A DNA stretch of 62,370 nt, counting the filler. It is 6 parts of 6 records of this genome, joined end to end, with 100 filler letters (N's around TTAATTAATTAA, not from the genome) between each part and the next. Parts side by side here need not be neighbours in the genome. Positions count along the whole stretch, not along the records: positions 30,865 to 41,774 come from SRR31147125_18452; positions 41,875 to 49,105 come from SRR31147125_18527; 4 more parts are not named here. One strand, 5' to 3'. Below are positions 32,608 through 43,846 of the stretch, piece after piece. Every line of letters begins with the position of its first letter. Position 1 is the first letter of the stretch. Below the pieces are notes generated by a model. It searched no databases. It saw only the letters and a list, made by a program, of their open reading frames with translations, and was not told the origin of the DNA. The position numbers were made by a program, and so were the translations under genes.

Positions 32608-33486
32608 CTATCTAAAGAAAATAGAGAAACCTACAGAAAACACAGGTAATGGAGCGTAACCTAACGCGTCTTGTATAACACCAAGTCCTGTTGCTTCAAC
32701 TATAGTATCTATCTGATCCTGTATCTCACCAATATAACTGTCTTTGTTTGGCACACCATCGAAAGCAGCTGAGTTTTGATCTACTATACCTGCTGCGTCT
32801 AATGCATCATATAGCTCAAAAGGATCTCCCGCTTGTATTGCAGCATATACATCTGGATAGTCAGTTGCAAGGTCGCTTAGATCTGCAGCGACATCATCAT
32901 CAACTGCTGTTATGAAACTATTTAGGACACTACTACTTATTGTTAAATCAGAATCAAGGAAATCTTCTCCAGTGATTTTAGGAAGGAAAAGAACACCTAA
33001 TCCTAAATCAAAGCTAACAAAGTCTTCATAGTTATAGCCCCATGCTGCTCCTATGTACGGAAGGATATCACCTGTATCAATGGTAATTGAGCCAGAAATA
33101 TCAGCGGTATTTCCCTCACCAATATCAACATTTGTACCTTCGAAGTCAATGGAAATATCACTTAAATTATAGGCGTACCCACCTGAAACTCTGAAGCCAC
33201 TTGCAAATGGGTGAAAATGAACTAAACCTTTAATTGACGATATTTGAAAGCTTCCTGAAGCACTAATATCTTGCCCTTCGGCTCCTACATCATCTAAACT
33301 AATATTATCAAGTCCCATTGCATTATACTCTACAGAAGAACTAAAGTAATCATTAAAACGGTATATTCCCTTTAATTCATACCCACCTGAACCAAGACCT
33401 AAACCAAAACCGATTTTTTCAGTAAATCCATAACTAACTGCTTGAATAACAAACAAAAGTAAAAAGCTCGTAACTATTTTTTTCAT
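32608..33486 (-). CDS. Outer-membrane beta-barrel, CarO-like, paralog B
   Basis: Same motifs; ends LPVFSVGFSIFFR; SD GAGGTGG. Confidence 0.7.
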   Translation of the reverse strand: MKKIVTSFLLLFVIQAVSYGFTEKIGFGLGLGSGGYELKGIYRFNDYFSSSVEYNAMGLDNISLDDVGAEGQDISASGSFQISSIKGLVHFHPFASGFRVSGGYAYNLSDISIDFEGTNVDIGEGNTADISGSITIDTGDILPYIGAAWGYNYEDFVSFDLGLGVLFLPKITGEDFLDSDLTISSSVLNSFITAVDDDVAADLSDLATDYPDVYAAIQAGDPFELYDALDAAGIVDQNSAAFDGVPNKDSYIGEIQDQIDTIVEATGLGVIQDALGYAPLPVFSVGFSIFFR

Positions 33487-33590
33487 AAAACCACCTCAAC
33501 AATATTTTGATTGTTTAAAAATCAGAACCCAATATGATTTTCATACATTATTTTACCCTTTTTGAATGGTAAATTCAATATAATTAATTT

Positions 33591-34586
33591 TTAAAAGAAA
33601 AATAGAGTAAAACCAAATGAAAATACCGGTAAAGGAGCATAGCCAAGAACATCCTGTACCGCTTTTAATCCGCTTTCTTCTACAATTTCATCAATTTGTG
33701 TTTGAATAGCTCCTATATAATCATCAGGATTAGGTAAGGAACTAAATGTAGAAGACGACCCATTACTTGCTCTTGCAATGCTTGCGCTGCTATCATCATC
33801 AGGATCTATCCCAAATTGCTCAAGAATTCCTTCTGCCTCAAGAGTTTCATATAACTCAAAGGGATCTCCAGTTGCTATGGCTGCCTGTACAGCTGCGCTG
33901 GAGAGAGCAGTTTGAACTTCAGCAGGGTCGTAACCTGCATCAACAACTGATTGATACGCTTCACTATTAGTATCGGCTAAATCCGTAATTACTGTATCTA
34001 TAAATCCATCAAGTGCCGTAGCATCCATTGTGATATCATATGTTAGTAGATCTTCACCAACAATTTTAGGAATAAACTGAATTCCTAAGGCAAAATCTAA
34101 ATTAAGGAAATCTTCATAGGCATAACCCCATCCAATACCAATGTATGGCATGTATTCACCAGTGTTTATTGTAATAGTTCCTGTTAAATCAGAAGTTGTG
34201 GTATCTGGATTTTCTTCGTCAAGCACAACATCTGTTCCTTCTAGTTCGATTTCTATATCACTGAGATTGTAGGTATAACCAGCAGAAATTCTGAAACCAC
34301 TTGCAAAAGGATGTAAATGAAGTAAACCCTTCACTGATGATACTTTAATTGTTCCTGCAACGTCAATGTCTCCATTGGAATCATCGCTAACAGATATATT
34401 TTCAAGTCCCATACTATTGAACTCAAGTGAGGAACTAAAATAATTATTAAATTTGTAGAGGCCTTTTACCTCGTAGCCGCCCGAACCAATCCCAAACCCA
34501 ACGCCGGTTTTTTCATTTAGATAGGGAATGGACAGGGTAGTAACGTATAATAAGGAAAATAGTAAAACTATATATACTTTTCTCAT
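33591..34586 (-). CDS. Outer-membrane beta-barrel, CarO-like, paralog C
   Basis: Same motifs; start MRKVY after GGAGG; ends LPVFSFGFTLFFF. Confidence 0.7.
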   Translation of the reverse strand: MRKVYIVLLFSLLYVTTLSIPYLNEKTGVGFGIGSGGYEVKGLYKFNNYFSSSLEFNSMGLENISVSDDSNGDIDVAGTIKVSSVKGLLHLHPFASGFRISAGYTYNLSDIEIELEGTDVVLDEENPDTTTSDLTGTITINTGEYMPYIGIGWGYAYEDFLNLDFALGIQFIPKIVGEDLLTYDITMDATALDGFIDTVITDLADTNSEAYQSVVDAGYDPAEVQTALSSAAVQAAIATGDPFELYETLEAEGILEQFGIDPDDDSSASIARASNGSSSTFSSLPNPDDYIGAIQTQIDEIVEESGLKAVQDVLGYAPLPVFSFGFTLFFF

Positions 34587-34881
34587 TAGATTCGCCTCCA
34601 AAAATGAATCTCTTAAAGAATAATAGAGCATATTTAATTTATTATAATTATCGAATAATAAAGGTAGGTGAATAAGCTTAATTTTGGAGTAAGTTATTTT
34701 AAATAAATTTTTGCACCTTTCACAAGTATTATACTCTAATATTTATTTAATACCTTTCAAAATATTGTCGATTAAATAGATATATAAATTTTTGTTCTTT
34801 AATATTTGAACAAAAAGAGTTATAATTAAGTGAGATGGTGTCAATTTTGAAAAAATCAAAATTATATAGGGGTGTGATTTT

Positions 34882-36408
34882 GTGAGTGCAGTTGAAAATT
34901 ATTTTAAAAGCAGTTCAAGTAAAATAGAGAAAGTGGAAGGAAAGTATATATTTATCCAAGGTAGAAAATATTTAGACTTTAGTTCTACGAATTTTTTGGG
35001 ATTAAAAAATGATGAACGTATAAAAAGTGCAGCAAAAGAAGCAATTGATATATATGGAATAGATGTAGATAGTAACAAAACTTTCTCTAAACACGGAGAA
35101 ACTTATCTGAAGTTAAGAGAGAAAATGAATAAACTAAAAAATCAAGAGGAAACGATACTATATAATGCAGGCTATAATGTAAGTGCAGGAATTATTCCCA
35201 ATTTAGTTGGAGAAAATGACGTGATATTCTCTGATTCACAAAATTTTATTGATATTTATCAAGGTATCTATAAAAGTAAAGCTCACCTTATTAGGTATAA
35301 ACATAATGATATTAATAATTTAGAGTCTAAAATCATTAAATATAGAGAAAAGTTTAAGAAAGCTTTAGTTATAACTGATACTGTTTTCTTTACAGATGGA
35401 ACAGAAGCAAAATTGAAAGAGATAATTGATCTAAAGCAGCTCCATGACTTCATTCTAATGGTGGATGATAGTAATGGAGATGGGATTTACGGAGAAAATG
35501 GAAGAGGAATAGCCGGAAAAGCAAACTTATCAGAAAATATCGATTTAGTAATAGGAGATTTTTCAAGGAATTATGGTGGTTTAGGGGAGTATGTAAGTGG
35601 TAAAGAGAAGTTCGTAAATATTCTATTGAAAAACTCACTTAGCAGGACAATGGTGTATAAAGTTTTAATTTCCCCTTTAGCTTCGATGATTTCTAATAAA
35701 GCGATTGAGATATCTGAGAAAGAAACTGAACGTAGAGAAACGGTATTAGATTTAAGTAATTATCTTAGAAAAGAGCTAAAAAATAGGAATCTAAATACAG
35801 CAAATACAAGCACACATATAGTTCCGATTATTTTTGATAAAAATGAGATAGCGATAAAATTTAGTAAATTTTTGTATAAAAATGGAATTGTTGCATCAAC
35901 AACGGTGGGAAAAACGACTATTGAACCAAGGGTTAAATTTTATATTAACTCAATGTTAGATAAAGATGATATTGAGGCTTTGATTTTTGCAGTGAGTGAC
36001 TTTATTGAAACATCAGAAATGACTCTATCTTCTCCAGAAAAAGAAGTAAAAGAGGAGACAGCAGAGGTTGAAAGTAAAGTTGAAGAGAAAAAAGAAGAGG
36101 AAAAAGTAGCAGAAGTTAAAGAGGAAGTTACTGAAGAGTCTAAAGAGGTTGAAGAAACTAAAGAAACCGAGGAAGTTGTGAAGGCAGAGGAAGTAGAAGA
36201 ATCAGAACCTGTTGATGAAATTATTGAGACAGAGCAAGAAGTCATTAGTATGGACGATATATTTGACGCAAATACTTCTGTAGAACCTGAGAAGAAAGAA
36301 GAGGTTTCCAGTGAGGATGTTGATATAGAAGATACAGAAGAGTTTAAGAAAAGTAAAGAGGATGCATTTAGTAATGCGGAAGAGCTTCTTGACTTACTTG
36401 AGGATTAA
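34882..36408 (+). CDS. BioF/Kbl-like class II aminotransferase-fold protein with degenerate PLP site and Glu-rich tail
   Basis: LDFSSTNFLGL, YKHND, LMVDD, THIVPI align to AONS; expected NHAS, DDAH and GTxxK read NFID, DDSN and GDFSR. Confidence 0.8.
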   Translation: MSAVENYFKSSSSKIEKVEGKYIFIQGRKYLDFSSTNFLGLKNDERIKSAAKEAIDIYGIDVDSNKTFSKHGETYLKLREKMNKLKNQEETILYNAGYNVSAGIIPNLVGENDVIFSDSQNFIDIYQGIYKSKAHLIRYKHNDINNLESKIIKYREKFKKALVITDTVFFTDGTEAKLKEIIDLKQLHDFILMVDDSNGDGIYGENGRGIAGKANLSENIDLVIGDFSRNYGGLGEYVSGKEKFVNILLKNSLSRTMVYKVLISPLASMISNKAIEISEKETERRETVLDLSNYLRKELKNRNLNTANTSTHIVPIIFDKNEIAIKFSKFLYKNGIVASTTVGKTTIEPRVKFYINSMLDKDDIEALIFAVSDFIETSEMTLSSPEKEVKEETAEVESKVEEKKEEEKVAEVKEEVTEESKEVEETKETEEVVKAEEVEESEPVDEIIETEQEVISMDDIFDANTSVEPEKKEEVSSEDVDIEDTEEFKKSKEDAFSNAEELLDLLED

Positions 36409-36424
36409 AAAAGTTCATAGTTAA

Positions 36425-36460
36425 ATAAAAAACGTTTGGAATTCTCCAAACGTTTTTTAT
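36425..36460. terminator. Bidirectional terminator
   Basis: ATAAAAAACGTTTGGA-ATTC-TCCAAACGTTTTTTAT. Confidence 0.85.
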
Positions 36461-36480
36461 TTAACTAGTTTTATTGACTT

Positions 36481-36669
36481 TTAACTAATGTTTGACCATT
36501 TTTTATGCATCTGCATATAGATATAAAAGTCGATTTTATCCCTTATTTCTGAAACTTTTCTCTCTTTGGCATAGTCGTTCCAAATCTCTGTCAAAAATTT
36601 AGAATTATTCCCGTTAACACTCTTCTCAAAAATCCCCAAAATATGGTTTAGCTCATTACTTAGGACCAT
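36481..36669 (-). CDS. Small hypothetical protein (62 aa)
   Basis: SD AGGGGTG before ATG; ends at the shared terminator; no competing ORF. Confidence 0.6.
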   Translation of the reverse strand: MVLSNELNHILGIFEKSVNGNNSKFLTEIWNDYAKERKVSEIRDKIDFYIYMQMHKKWSNIS

Positions 36670-36983
36670 ACTTAAATCACCCCTAGATATTTGATGTTAA
36701 TATTATACATTAAGCTAATTAAAAAATCAAATAAAAGTCATTGAAATAAATGGTTTTAGTCAAAGTTATGTTATGAATAAGCGAAATTTCAACGAAAAGT
36801 AAAAAAATAGTATTCATTTAAGCTAAATAATTATAGAAAAACATAGCGGAAAAATTATAAAAAACTTTAGATAAAATTATTTTTAAAAATAGATTGTATT
36901 AATTACAAATTTGTTATAGAATTAATAAAGGAAATAACTTACTAGAGCAGTAAGATACATAAAATGTACCGAGGAGGGGTAAT

Positions 36984-38450
36984 ATGAGTTTTGCAGAAAT
37001 ATATACAAATGAACAAGATAAAGTATTCAAGACCTTAATTAATGGGAAGTGGGTTGAAACTGCAGGAGCTTTAATTGATATAAAATCACCAGTTGATGAT
37101 TCTCTTGTTGGTAAAGTTCAAGCGATGTCAAAAGAAGATGTTGATATGGCAGTTAGTAATGTAAAAAATTCATACAAAATATGGGCGGCAAAAAGCTTAA
37201 GTGAAAGAGCGGTAGTTTTACATAAAGCAGCGGAATTGCTTATTGAAAATGCCGAATATATAGCAAATATTTTGTCAAAAGAGATATCTAAAGACTATAA
37301 AAGTAGTCTTTCTGAAATAAAAAGAACGGCTGAATTTATTGAATATACTGCTGAAGAAGGTAAAAGGCTAAAAGGTGAAACTTTGTACGGCGATTCCTTC
37401 GATTCAAAAGCAAAAAATAAGATTTCAATTGTTAGGAGAGAACCGCTGGGAGTAATTTTAGCGATAGCCCCATTTAATTATCCAGTAAATCTCTCTGCTT
37501 CAAAAATTGCTCCAGCTTTAATGGGAGGAAATGGAGTATTATTCAAGCCACCTACGCAAGGTTCGGTAAGTGCACTTCATTTAGTTGAAGTATTTAGAAT
37601 GGCAGGTTTACCTGACGGGGTACTAAATGTGGTAACTGGCAGAGGTTCTGAAATAGGAGACTATTTAATTAGCCATGAGGGTATAGACATGGTTAACTTT
37701 ACCGGTAGTACAGCAGTAGGTCAATCAATTGCTAAAAAAGTCAGTATGGTTCCATTGATAATGGAACTAGGGGGAAAAGATGCTGCAATAGTGTTAGAAG
37801 ATGCAAATGTTGATGAAACTGCGGATTTAATTGTAGGGGGAGCATTTAGTTACTCTGGTCAGAGATGTACAGCAGTTAAGAGAGTTTTAGTAATGGATAA
37901 TGTAGCAGATGAGTTAATAGCTAAAATTTCTGAGAGAATAAAAAAATTAAAAGTAGGTTTACCTTTTGATGAAGGGGTAACGATAACACCTTTAATTGAT
38001 AAAAAAGCTGCTGATTTTGTAGATAGCTTAATAGATGATGCTGTCTCAAAAGGAGCAAAACTTTTAACAGAAAGAAAGAGAGAGGGAAATTTAATTTATC
38101 CAATTCTATTTGATAATGTTAATCTGGATATGGGGATAGCGTGGGAAGAACCGTTTGGACCAGTGTTACCTGTTATTCGAGTAAAAACTATAGATGAAGC
38201 TATTGAGATATCGAATAAATCTGAGTATGGTCTACAAGGAGCAATATTTACAAAAGATATTGATACAGCATTTTATATAGCTGATAGACTAGAAGTGGGA
38301 ACAGTTCAGATTAATAATAAAACACAGAGAGGACCTGATCACTTTCCATTTTTAGGAGTGAAGTCTTCAGGACTTGGAACACAAGGAATTAGATATAGTA
38401 TAGAAGCAATGTCTAGACCAAAAGCAGTTGTACTAAATATTCATGGTTAG
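36984..38450 (+). CDS. gapN: NADP-dependent non-phosphorylating glyceraldehyde-3-phosphate dehydrogenase
   Basis: PFNYPVNLSASKIAPAL, KPPTQG, ELGGKD, SYSGQRCTA, RGPDHFPFLG. Confidence 0.92.
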   Translation: MSFAEIYTNEQDKVFKTLINGKWVETAGALIDIKSPVDDSLVGKVQAMSKEDVDMAVSNVKNSYKIWAAKSLSERAVVLHKAAELLIENAEYIANILSKEISKDYKSSLSEIKRTAEFIEYTAEEGKRLKGETLYGDSFDSKAKNKISIVRREPLGVILAIAPFNYPVNLSASKIAPALMGGNGVLFKPPTQGSVSALHLVEVFRMAGLPDGVLNVVTGRGSEIGDYLISHEGIDMVNFTGSTAVGQSIAKKVSMVPLIMELGGKDAAIVLEDANVDETADLIVGGAFSYSGQRCTAVKRVLVMDNVADELIAKISERIKKLKVGLPFDEGVTITPLIDKKAADFVDSLIDDAVSKGAKLLTERKREGNLIYPILFDNVNLDMGIAWEEPFGPVLPVIRVKTIDEAIEISNKSEYGLQGAIFTKDIDTAFYIADRLEVGTVQINNKTQRGPDHFPFLGVKSSGLGTQGIRYSIEAMSRPKAVVLNIHG

Positions 38451-38463
38451 TAATTAAAAATAA

Positions 38464-38506
38464 AAAAATTGCTGTTAATAGCTTAAAGCTATTAACAGCA
38501 ATTTTT
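38464..38506. terminator. Long bidirectional terminator
   Basis: AAAAATTGCTGTTAATAGCTT-A-AAGCTATTAACAGCAATTTTT between convergent genes. Confidence 0.85.
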
Positions 38507-38510
38507 AATT

Positions 38511-38996
38511 TTAGTCTTGTTTTCTATGGTAGACAGTTAATCCTTTAAGGAAATTTCTAAGGTAACTATCTAAACACTCTTTATAGTTTTTGTGACTAGG
38601 TTTTTGAAATAATCCGCCTATTTCAGACTTCGAGATTTTCACATTTGCATATTCAAAAATCTCAATCATAACATCTGTATGAAGTGAAAGAGCAATTTTC
38701 ATCTTCTTCATAATTTCATTATTAATATTTTTATTGTTTAATGCAATTGGCTTAGCAGGTTTTTGTCCTGGCTTTGGCTTCTGTCTTCCTCTTTTTACAA
38801 CGATAAATCCATCTAAAAATAGCCCAAGAGTTCTGTTGTTAATTTTAACAAAACCTTCTTCCTCTTCTTTCTTTAAGTAAGAACGTATTTCATCTTTAGT
38901 AACAGTTACACCTGATTCCTTAAAACTTTTGATTATAGTCTGATCAGGTAGATCAATAGCATATCGAAACCTTCTTAAAAAGTCATTATTTGTCAT
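38511..38996 (-). CDS. DUF1456 (YehS-like) protein
   Basis: MTNNDFLRRFRYA, FLDGFIVVKRG, NNEIMKKMKIALSL, YKEC.D..LRNFLKGL. Confidence 0.85.
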   Translation of the reverse strand: MTNNDFLRRFRYAIDLPDQTIIKSFKESGVTVTKDEIRSYLKKEEEEGFVKINNRTLGLFLDGFIVVKRGRQKPKPGQKPAKPIALNNKNINNEIMKKMKIALSLHTDVMIEIFEYANVKISKSEIGGLFQKPSHKNYKECLDSYLRNFLKGLTVYHRKQD

Positions 38997-39404
38997 TTAT
39001 TCCTCCACGATATTTTTTTACTCTACATTATACATTAACTATCAATTTTTAACAAACTTTTTTGAAATTAACCGCTCAAAAGACGTTTGAAAATAAATAA
39101 GAATTTTGATATTAATATACAATTTTTTTTCATCTTTTGTTATGTATTTTAAATGTCAAAACTACGAGCTATTTGTAATGTGTTTGTGGAAAAAATGGCT
39201 AAATGAATAATTTTATTATAAAATGGTGATTAGTCCTGTAAAATTGGTGCAAAAATGGTTGAAAGTGGTTGGGGAAAATGATAAACTATGAATAGTAGTA
39301 ACTATGTGTATGTGAAGTTATTATTTTAAATTGTGCAAGAATAAGGTTGAAAAGGGGAATTGTTAAACATGATGAAGGGTTAAGAAAAATTAAGAGGAGG
39401 GATT

Positions 39405-41468
39405 ATGAAGATATCAAAGAAAATTTCATTAGCAATAGTCTTAACGGGGTTAGTGATAGGTTTATCAGTTGGAATTACAAGTATATTAGGTTCGAAAAAA
39501 GAAATAAAAAAAGAAGCAGAGGCTCATCTTTTAAAATTTATTGAGGCAGAAGGATTAAAAATTGAAACAATTTTTAATAAAACAGAAACCTTGGCTGAAA
39601 TAATGAAGGAAAATGTTATAGAGGAATTCGATTTAAAGTTAACAGCTAATTCAGTTGAAACAATGTCAGAATATAAGAAAAGATTGCAACATGAATCAGA
39701 AGCATTGATGAATGGCTTAAAGCTTGACAGTAGTTGGACAATATTTAATTCAAAAGTAATTCCAGGAGTGAACTCTGTATGGATAAATAGAGATGGAGAA
39801 AGTTTTGAGAAATTAGAGGAGCTTGATCCAAATGAATTGCCAAAAGAAGGGAATGAGTGGTGGTATAAAACTCTAGAGATGGGAAAATATTGGACTGATA
39901 TATATGAGTTTGAGGTTAACGGAACAACGACAAACTTGATAACATATGGTCGTTTAATCGAAAAAGAAGGAAAGAAAATAGGCGTAACAGGGACAGACTT
40001 TGATTTTAGTAAATTTGAAAAAACTCTTAGTGATTATAAAATCTATAACACCGGTTATGTTTTTTTAATGAATCAGGATTTTGATATGTTATACCATCCA
40101 AATAAAAATTTAAAGTCATTTAGAGGTGAAAATGAGGAGTTAAATAGAGTTGCAGATGAAATTCAAAATTCTACTCAAAACCTTGGTTTAATAGAATATA
40201 AATTTAATAATCAAAATAAGATGTTTTCTTACTACAAAATGTCAAATGGATGGATTTTTGCTGCTAGTGTAGATAAGGCAGAAGTTTTTAGAGGAGAAGC
40301 AAACATAACAAAATTAATATTAATCATTACTATTATTGGAATAATAATATCAATTACTGTAGGTATTTTACTGAGTAAAACATTAACGAAACCAATTATT
40401 GAGTTAGAAGAAAAAATAGCTATTGCTACTAAGGGAGATTTATCTGTAAATGTCAAAGTAAGTTCAAAAGACGAAATCGGGCAGATTTCAAAGAATTTTA
40501 ATGATTTTATGAATATTTTAAATAGTATAATTAGTAATACTAAGGAGATGGTACATAAGACAGAAGCTGATAATCAAAAATTAGAGGATTCTATAAAAGA
40601 GATAGTTCACGGAGGGGAGAATATTAGTGGAATAATCAAATTAGATGAACATGTTAATGAAATACTTGATAATGTAAGACACCAGACAGCTTCATCAGAA
40701 GAAAGCTTGGCAGCTCTTCAGCAAATATCAGCTAGCAGTGAAGGAGTTTTAGTAAATGCAAATAATACAGCTAATTTATTAGGAAAAACGAAAGAAGTTG
40801 TAACTGATAACCATTATGAAATTGAGAGTTTGTCAGCAGCTCTTTATGAGGTTAATGCAGAAATAGATAAAACAAGTAAAAAAATTGATGAGTTAAAAAA
40901 ATTATCATTGGATATTACATCGATAACAATTTCCATTAATAATGTATCTGAACAGACAAATTTACTTGCTCTAAATGCAGCAATTGAGGCAGCAAGGGCA
41001 GGAGAAGCTGGAAGAGGATTTTCAGTTGTAGCTGATGAGATAAGAAAATTAGCCGAACAAACAAATTCGGAGACTCAAAAAATAGAAACGTTAATTACAA
41101 ATATTCAAAATGAAGTTGAAGTTGTAAAACTAGATAATGATCAAATAAAAAATAAAGTAAATATTGGGCTGGAGAAAATGAAAAGCTCAAAGGCAGGTAT
41201 ACAAGAGATAACAAAATATACAGAGGAAAATCATAGTGGTGTAGAGATTGTTGCAAATTCAGCAAATGAACAAGCGCAGGCATCAAGAGAAGTAACATCA
41301 GCTATTGAAAATATAACAAGTAATTCAGCGGAAATAGAAAACTTGAGCATTAATACAAGTACAATTTCAACTCAAATAAAAGAAGTTTTAATTGAAAAAT
41401 CAAACCTGATAACTGATTTGAATCAACAAGTGAAAAAATTAAAAACAGATCTTGAGTTTTTTTCTTAA
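39405..41468 (+). CDS. Methyl-accepting chemotaxis protein (TM, Cache-like, TM, HAMP, signalling domain)
   Basis: [37 protein letters not shown]; two TMs; HAMP KDEIG. Confidence 0.95.
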   Translation: MKISKKISLAIVLTGLVIGLSVGITSILGSKKEIKKEAEAHLLKFIEAEGLKIETIFNKTETLAEIMKENVIEEFDLKLTANSVETMSEYKKRLQHESEALMNGLKLDSSWTIFNSKVIPGVNSVWINRDGESFEKLEELDPNELPKEGNEWWYKTLEMGKYWTDIYEFEVNGTTTNLITYGRLIEKEGKKIGVTGTDFDFSKFEKTLSDYKIYNTGYVFLMNQDFDMLYHPNKNLKSFRGENEELNRVADEIQNSTQNLGLIEYKFNNQNKMFSYYKMSNGWIFAASVDKAEVFRGEANITKLILIITIIGIIISITVGILLSKTLTKPIIELEEKIAIATKGDLSVNVKVSSKDEIGQISKNFNDFMNILNSIISNTKEMVHKTEADNQKLEDSIKEIVHGGENISGIIKLDEHVNEILDNVRHQTASSEESLAALQQISASSEGVLVNANNTANLLGKTKEVVTDNHYEIESLSAALYEVNAEIDKTSKKIDELKKLSLDITSITISINNVSEQTNLLALNAAIEAARAGEAGRGFSVVADEIRKLAEQTNSETQKIETLITNIQNEVEVVKLDNDQIKNKVNIGLEKMKSSKAGIQEITKYTEENHSGVEIVANSANEQAQASREVTSAIENITSNSAEIENLSINTSTISTQIKEVLIEKSNLITDLNQQVKKLKTDLEFFS

Positions 41469-41476
41469 AAAAATTT

Positions 41477-41522
41477 AACCACGACAGTGTTTACTAGATA
41501 AACCATTTTGTCGTGGTTTTTT
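41477..41522 (+). terminator. Terminator after the MCP gene
   Basis: AACCACGACA...TGTCGTGGTTTTTT. Confidence 0.7.
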
Positions 41523-41702
41523 AAATAAAATTATTGTTATACTCTAAAGAACTTTATTATTTCTATATTTTTTGCTATAATATAAAGTAAGACTTATATA
41601 AATAAACCTAAATTAATAAAACAAAATTAAACATATATTAAAGAGTAATTATTTCGATAATAATTATGTAAATTCAACAGAAAGATATATGAGGAGGCTG
41701 GA

Positions 41703-41774
41703 ATGAGTAATACAACAGAAAATAATCTGTTACCTGGTAACTTTATAACAGATATTATTGATAAAGATTTAAAA
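41703..41774 (+). CDS. glnS: N-terminal fragment, probably glutamine--tRNA ligase
   Basis: SD GAGGAGG; MSNTTENNLLPGNFITDIIDKDLK resembles the GlnRS NFI..II..DL start; only 24 codons visible. Confidence 0.6.
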
Positions 41775-41874
41775 NNNNNNNNNNNNNNNNNNNNNNNNNN
41801 NNNNNNNNNNNNNNNNNNTTAATTAATTAANNNNNNNNNNNNNNNNNNNNNNNNNNNNNNNNNNNNNNNNNNNN
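41775..41874. other. Artificial contig linker
   Basis: N44-TTAATTAATTAA-N44. Confidence 0.98.
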
Positions 41875-41926
41875 TTATATTTTATTTTACAAGAGCCGAT
41901 AATTGCTTTAAGATAATGGAATAAGA

Positions 41927-41964
41927 ACATATAGTGTTGCTTAAGTCAAACAAACACTATATGT
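41927..41964. repeat. Perfect 12-bp inverted repeat upstream of the cargo operon
   Basis: ACATATAGTGTT-N14-AACACTATATGT. Confidence 0.8.
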
Positions 41965-42026
41965 GATGTTTCATAAAGAATAGATTAATATTAGTATTTT
42001 CATTCTAATGGTTTATAATTAGGAGT

Positions 42027-42434
42027 ATGTTCGTGAGTGACTTATATCTTTTTAATATTGGATTCAGATGTGAGAATATATGTGATGCACTCAAAGAATA
42101 CGAATCAGGTAATGATATGAATGTACTTGCATTACAAGATTCAGTCAAAATAATACATGACTGTCTACTAATTAAAAATGGTAATAGATCATTTTTTGGA
42201 TCTCCCAATAATACAAATGCGGACTTCCTTCCTCTCCTATTTGATTATTTCAATGGTCAGAATATTGATCGAATGGTCAAAACATTAGATAGGATAAATA
42301 AAGTACTTAATGATCTTAGTAACTCAAAGAAGGTTAAAAACACTAAAGAAGTTCAGCATTTTTTTGAGGGAATATCTGATTTATGTTTACGCGAACCTAT
42401 AGATAATAGATCGATGTATTACGGTTTCGCTTAA
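42027..42434 (+). CDS. Hypothetical protein, first gene of the cargo operon
   Basis: 135-aa ORF with AGGAG upstream; no recognisable motif. Confidence 0.7.
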   Translation: MFVSDLYLFNIGFRCENICDALKEYESGNDMNVLALQDSVKIIHDCLLIKNGNRSFFGSPNNTNADFLPLLFDYFNGQNIDRMVKTLDRINKVLNDLSNSKKVKNTKEVQHFFEGISDLCLREPIDNRSMYYGFA

Positions 42435-42467
42435 CTGAAACTTATCATTAATTAGTCGAGCTTAATA

Positions 42468-43846
42468 ATGATCAACAATCTACTTAAAGGCGAAATCTAT
42501 TCAAACATTCTAACTGTAAGGAAAACACTCCAGACACTTAAAACTCAAAGATTCCCGACTAAAGGGGCATCTGACCTCACAGAACTTTTGAATGAAATCA
42601 TTGATATAATGATTTCACGATTTGATAAATATAACAGCAGAAATCTTATATTTATTAAGAAAAAACTATTAACTAGATTTGGTGAATACTGTGGCTATCT
42701 ATCCGCCTCAAGATTAGAGAATATACCATGGAGCATAATTCCTGCATATGAAAAACTTTTAAATCAATATATCCTGATTTTGAGTTTATCTTATGCCCAA
42801 GATGGGAAGTGAATTATTCAATTAATGAAGATACATTAGATAATATTAAAAACTTCATCCTGAAAACACCAAGCCTTCTATTTGATGGAAAGTCACAAGA
42901 TGAGATTGATATTAAGGTCGAAACATTCTTAGAAAATTATCCTTCAGGATTATATTTTATTTTTTATCCAAAACATGAGAAACTCTCTGCATTACATTTT
43001 TCATTACTGGGTCATGAAATAGGGCATATATATTCTACTAAGTGGTTAAATAATAATTATGAGATTTTTTTAACCGAAACTAATTTAAAAAATGAAATCA
43101 AGAAAATTGCTGAAGAAAACTTCAAAAAAGAAAGTAAAAAAATGACTTTATATAAGGAAGTATTCATAAGTAAGACATCATATGAATATGAAAAGTATAT
43201 TAAACTGATACTCAATGAACTAATTTCTGATTTATTTGGTTCTTTAATTTTTGGTCATACTACTCTTGTTGCATCCTATTTATTCTCAAATGGATTAAAC
43301 CTCGATGACCATTGTAATTGGAAAACGGGTCATTTAAGTTGGCGATTTAGGCTACAAAACATATGGGAACTTATCAATTATATTGACACAAAAACGGGAA
43401 AACCCTTCAAGCATGAAAACCAAGTATGGGGAGAAATCATAAAGGAAATCAAAAGAGATTCGAAAGATATTGTTATAAATGAATACATTTCTGTTTTTTT
43501 ACATATATACAAACAGCACAGGGAAAGAATTGTTGAAGAGATACAATCAAGTATAGAGCCACATGTGTATTCAAATTTTCTATCAAATATATTTATAAAT
43601 GAAGCAATTCAAAGAATAAAAAATTGCATTCCACCAAATGCATACTGGAATTCTAGCAATATAGAGACTCCTATAGACTTCAGAAATATATTATTTGGGA
43701 CTTGGCTTTCAATATTTGAGAAAATTGAAGCGAATCATACAGAGTATGAGATTAGATCTAAAAGGATAAATCTCTTGAGTATTAAAGGAATTGAGCTTTC
43801 TATCGAGCAGGAGAACTATAATGACTTTATCGAAACAAGAGATTGA
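42468..43846 (+). CDS. About 459-aa HEXXH (zincin-like) protein, split in the ORF track by an apparent 1-nt deletion at 42751-42760
   Basis: Second frame is open from 42752 (FKSIYPDFEFILCPRWEVNYS); LLGHEIGHIY, downstream ELISD, and GHLSWRFRL. Confidence 0.7.

Noticed and set aside
42468-43846. Two separate genes (114 aa and 345 aa) as in the ORF track
   Set aside because: The second frame is open 57 nt upstream of its GTG, back to a homopolymer; one frameshifted gene is more parsimonious, though unproven
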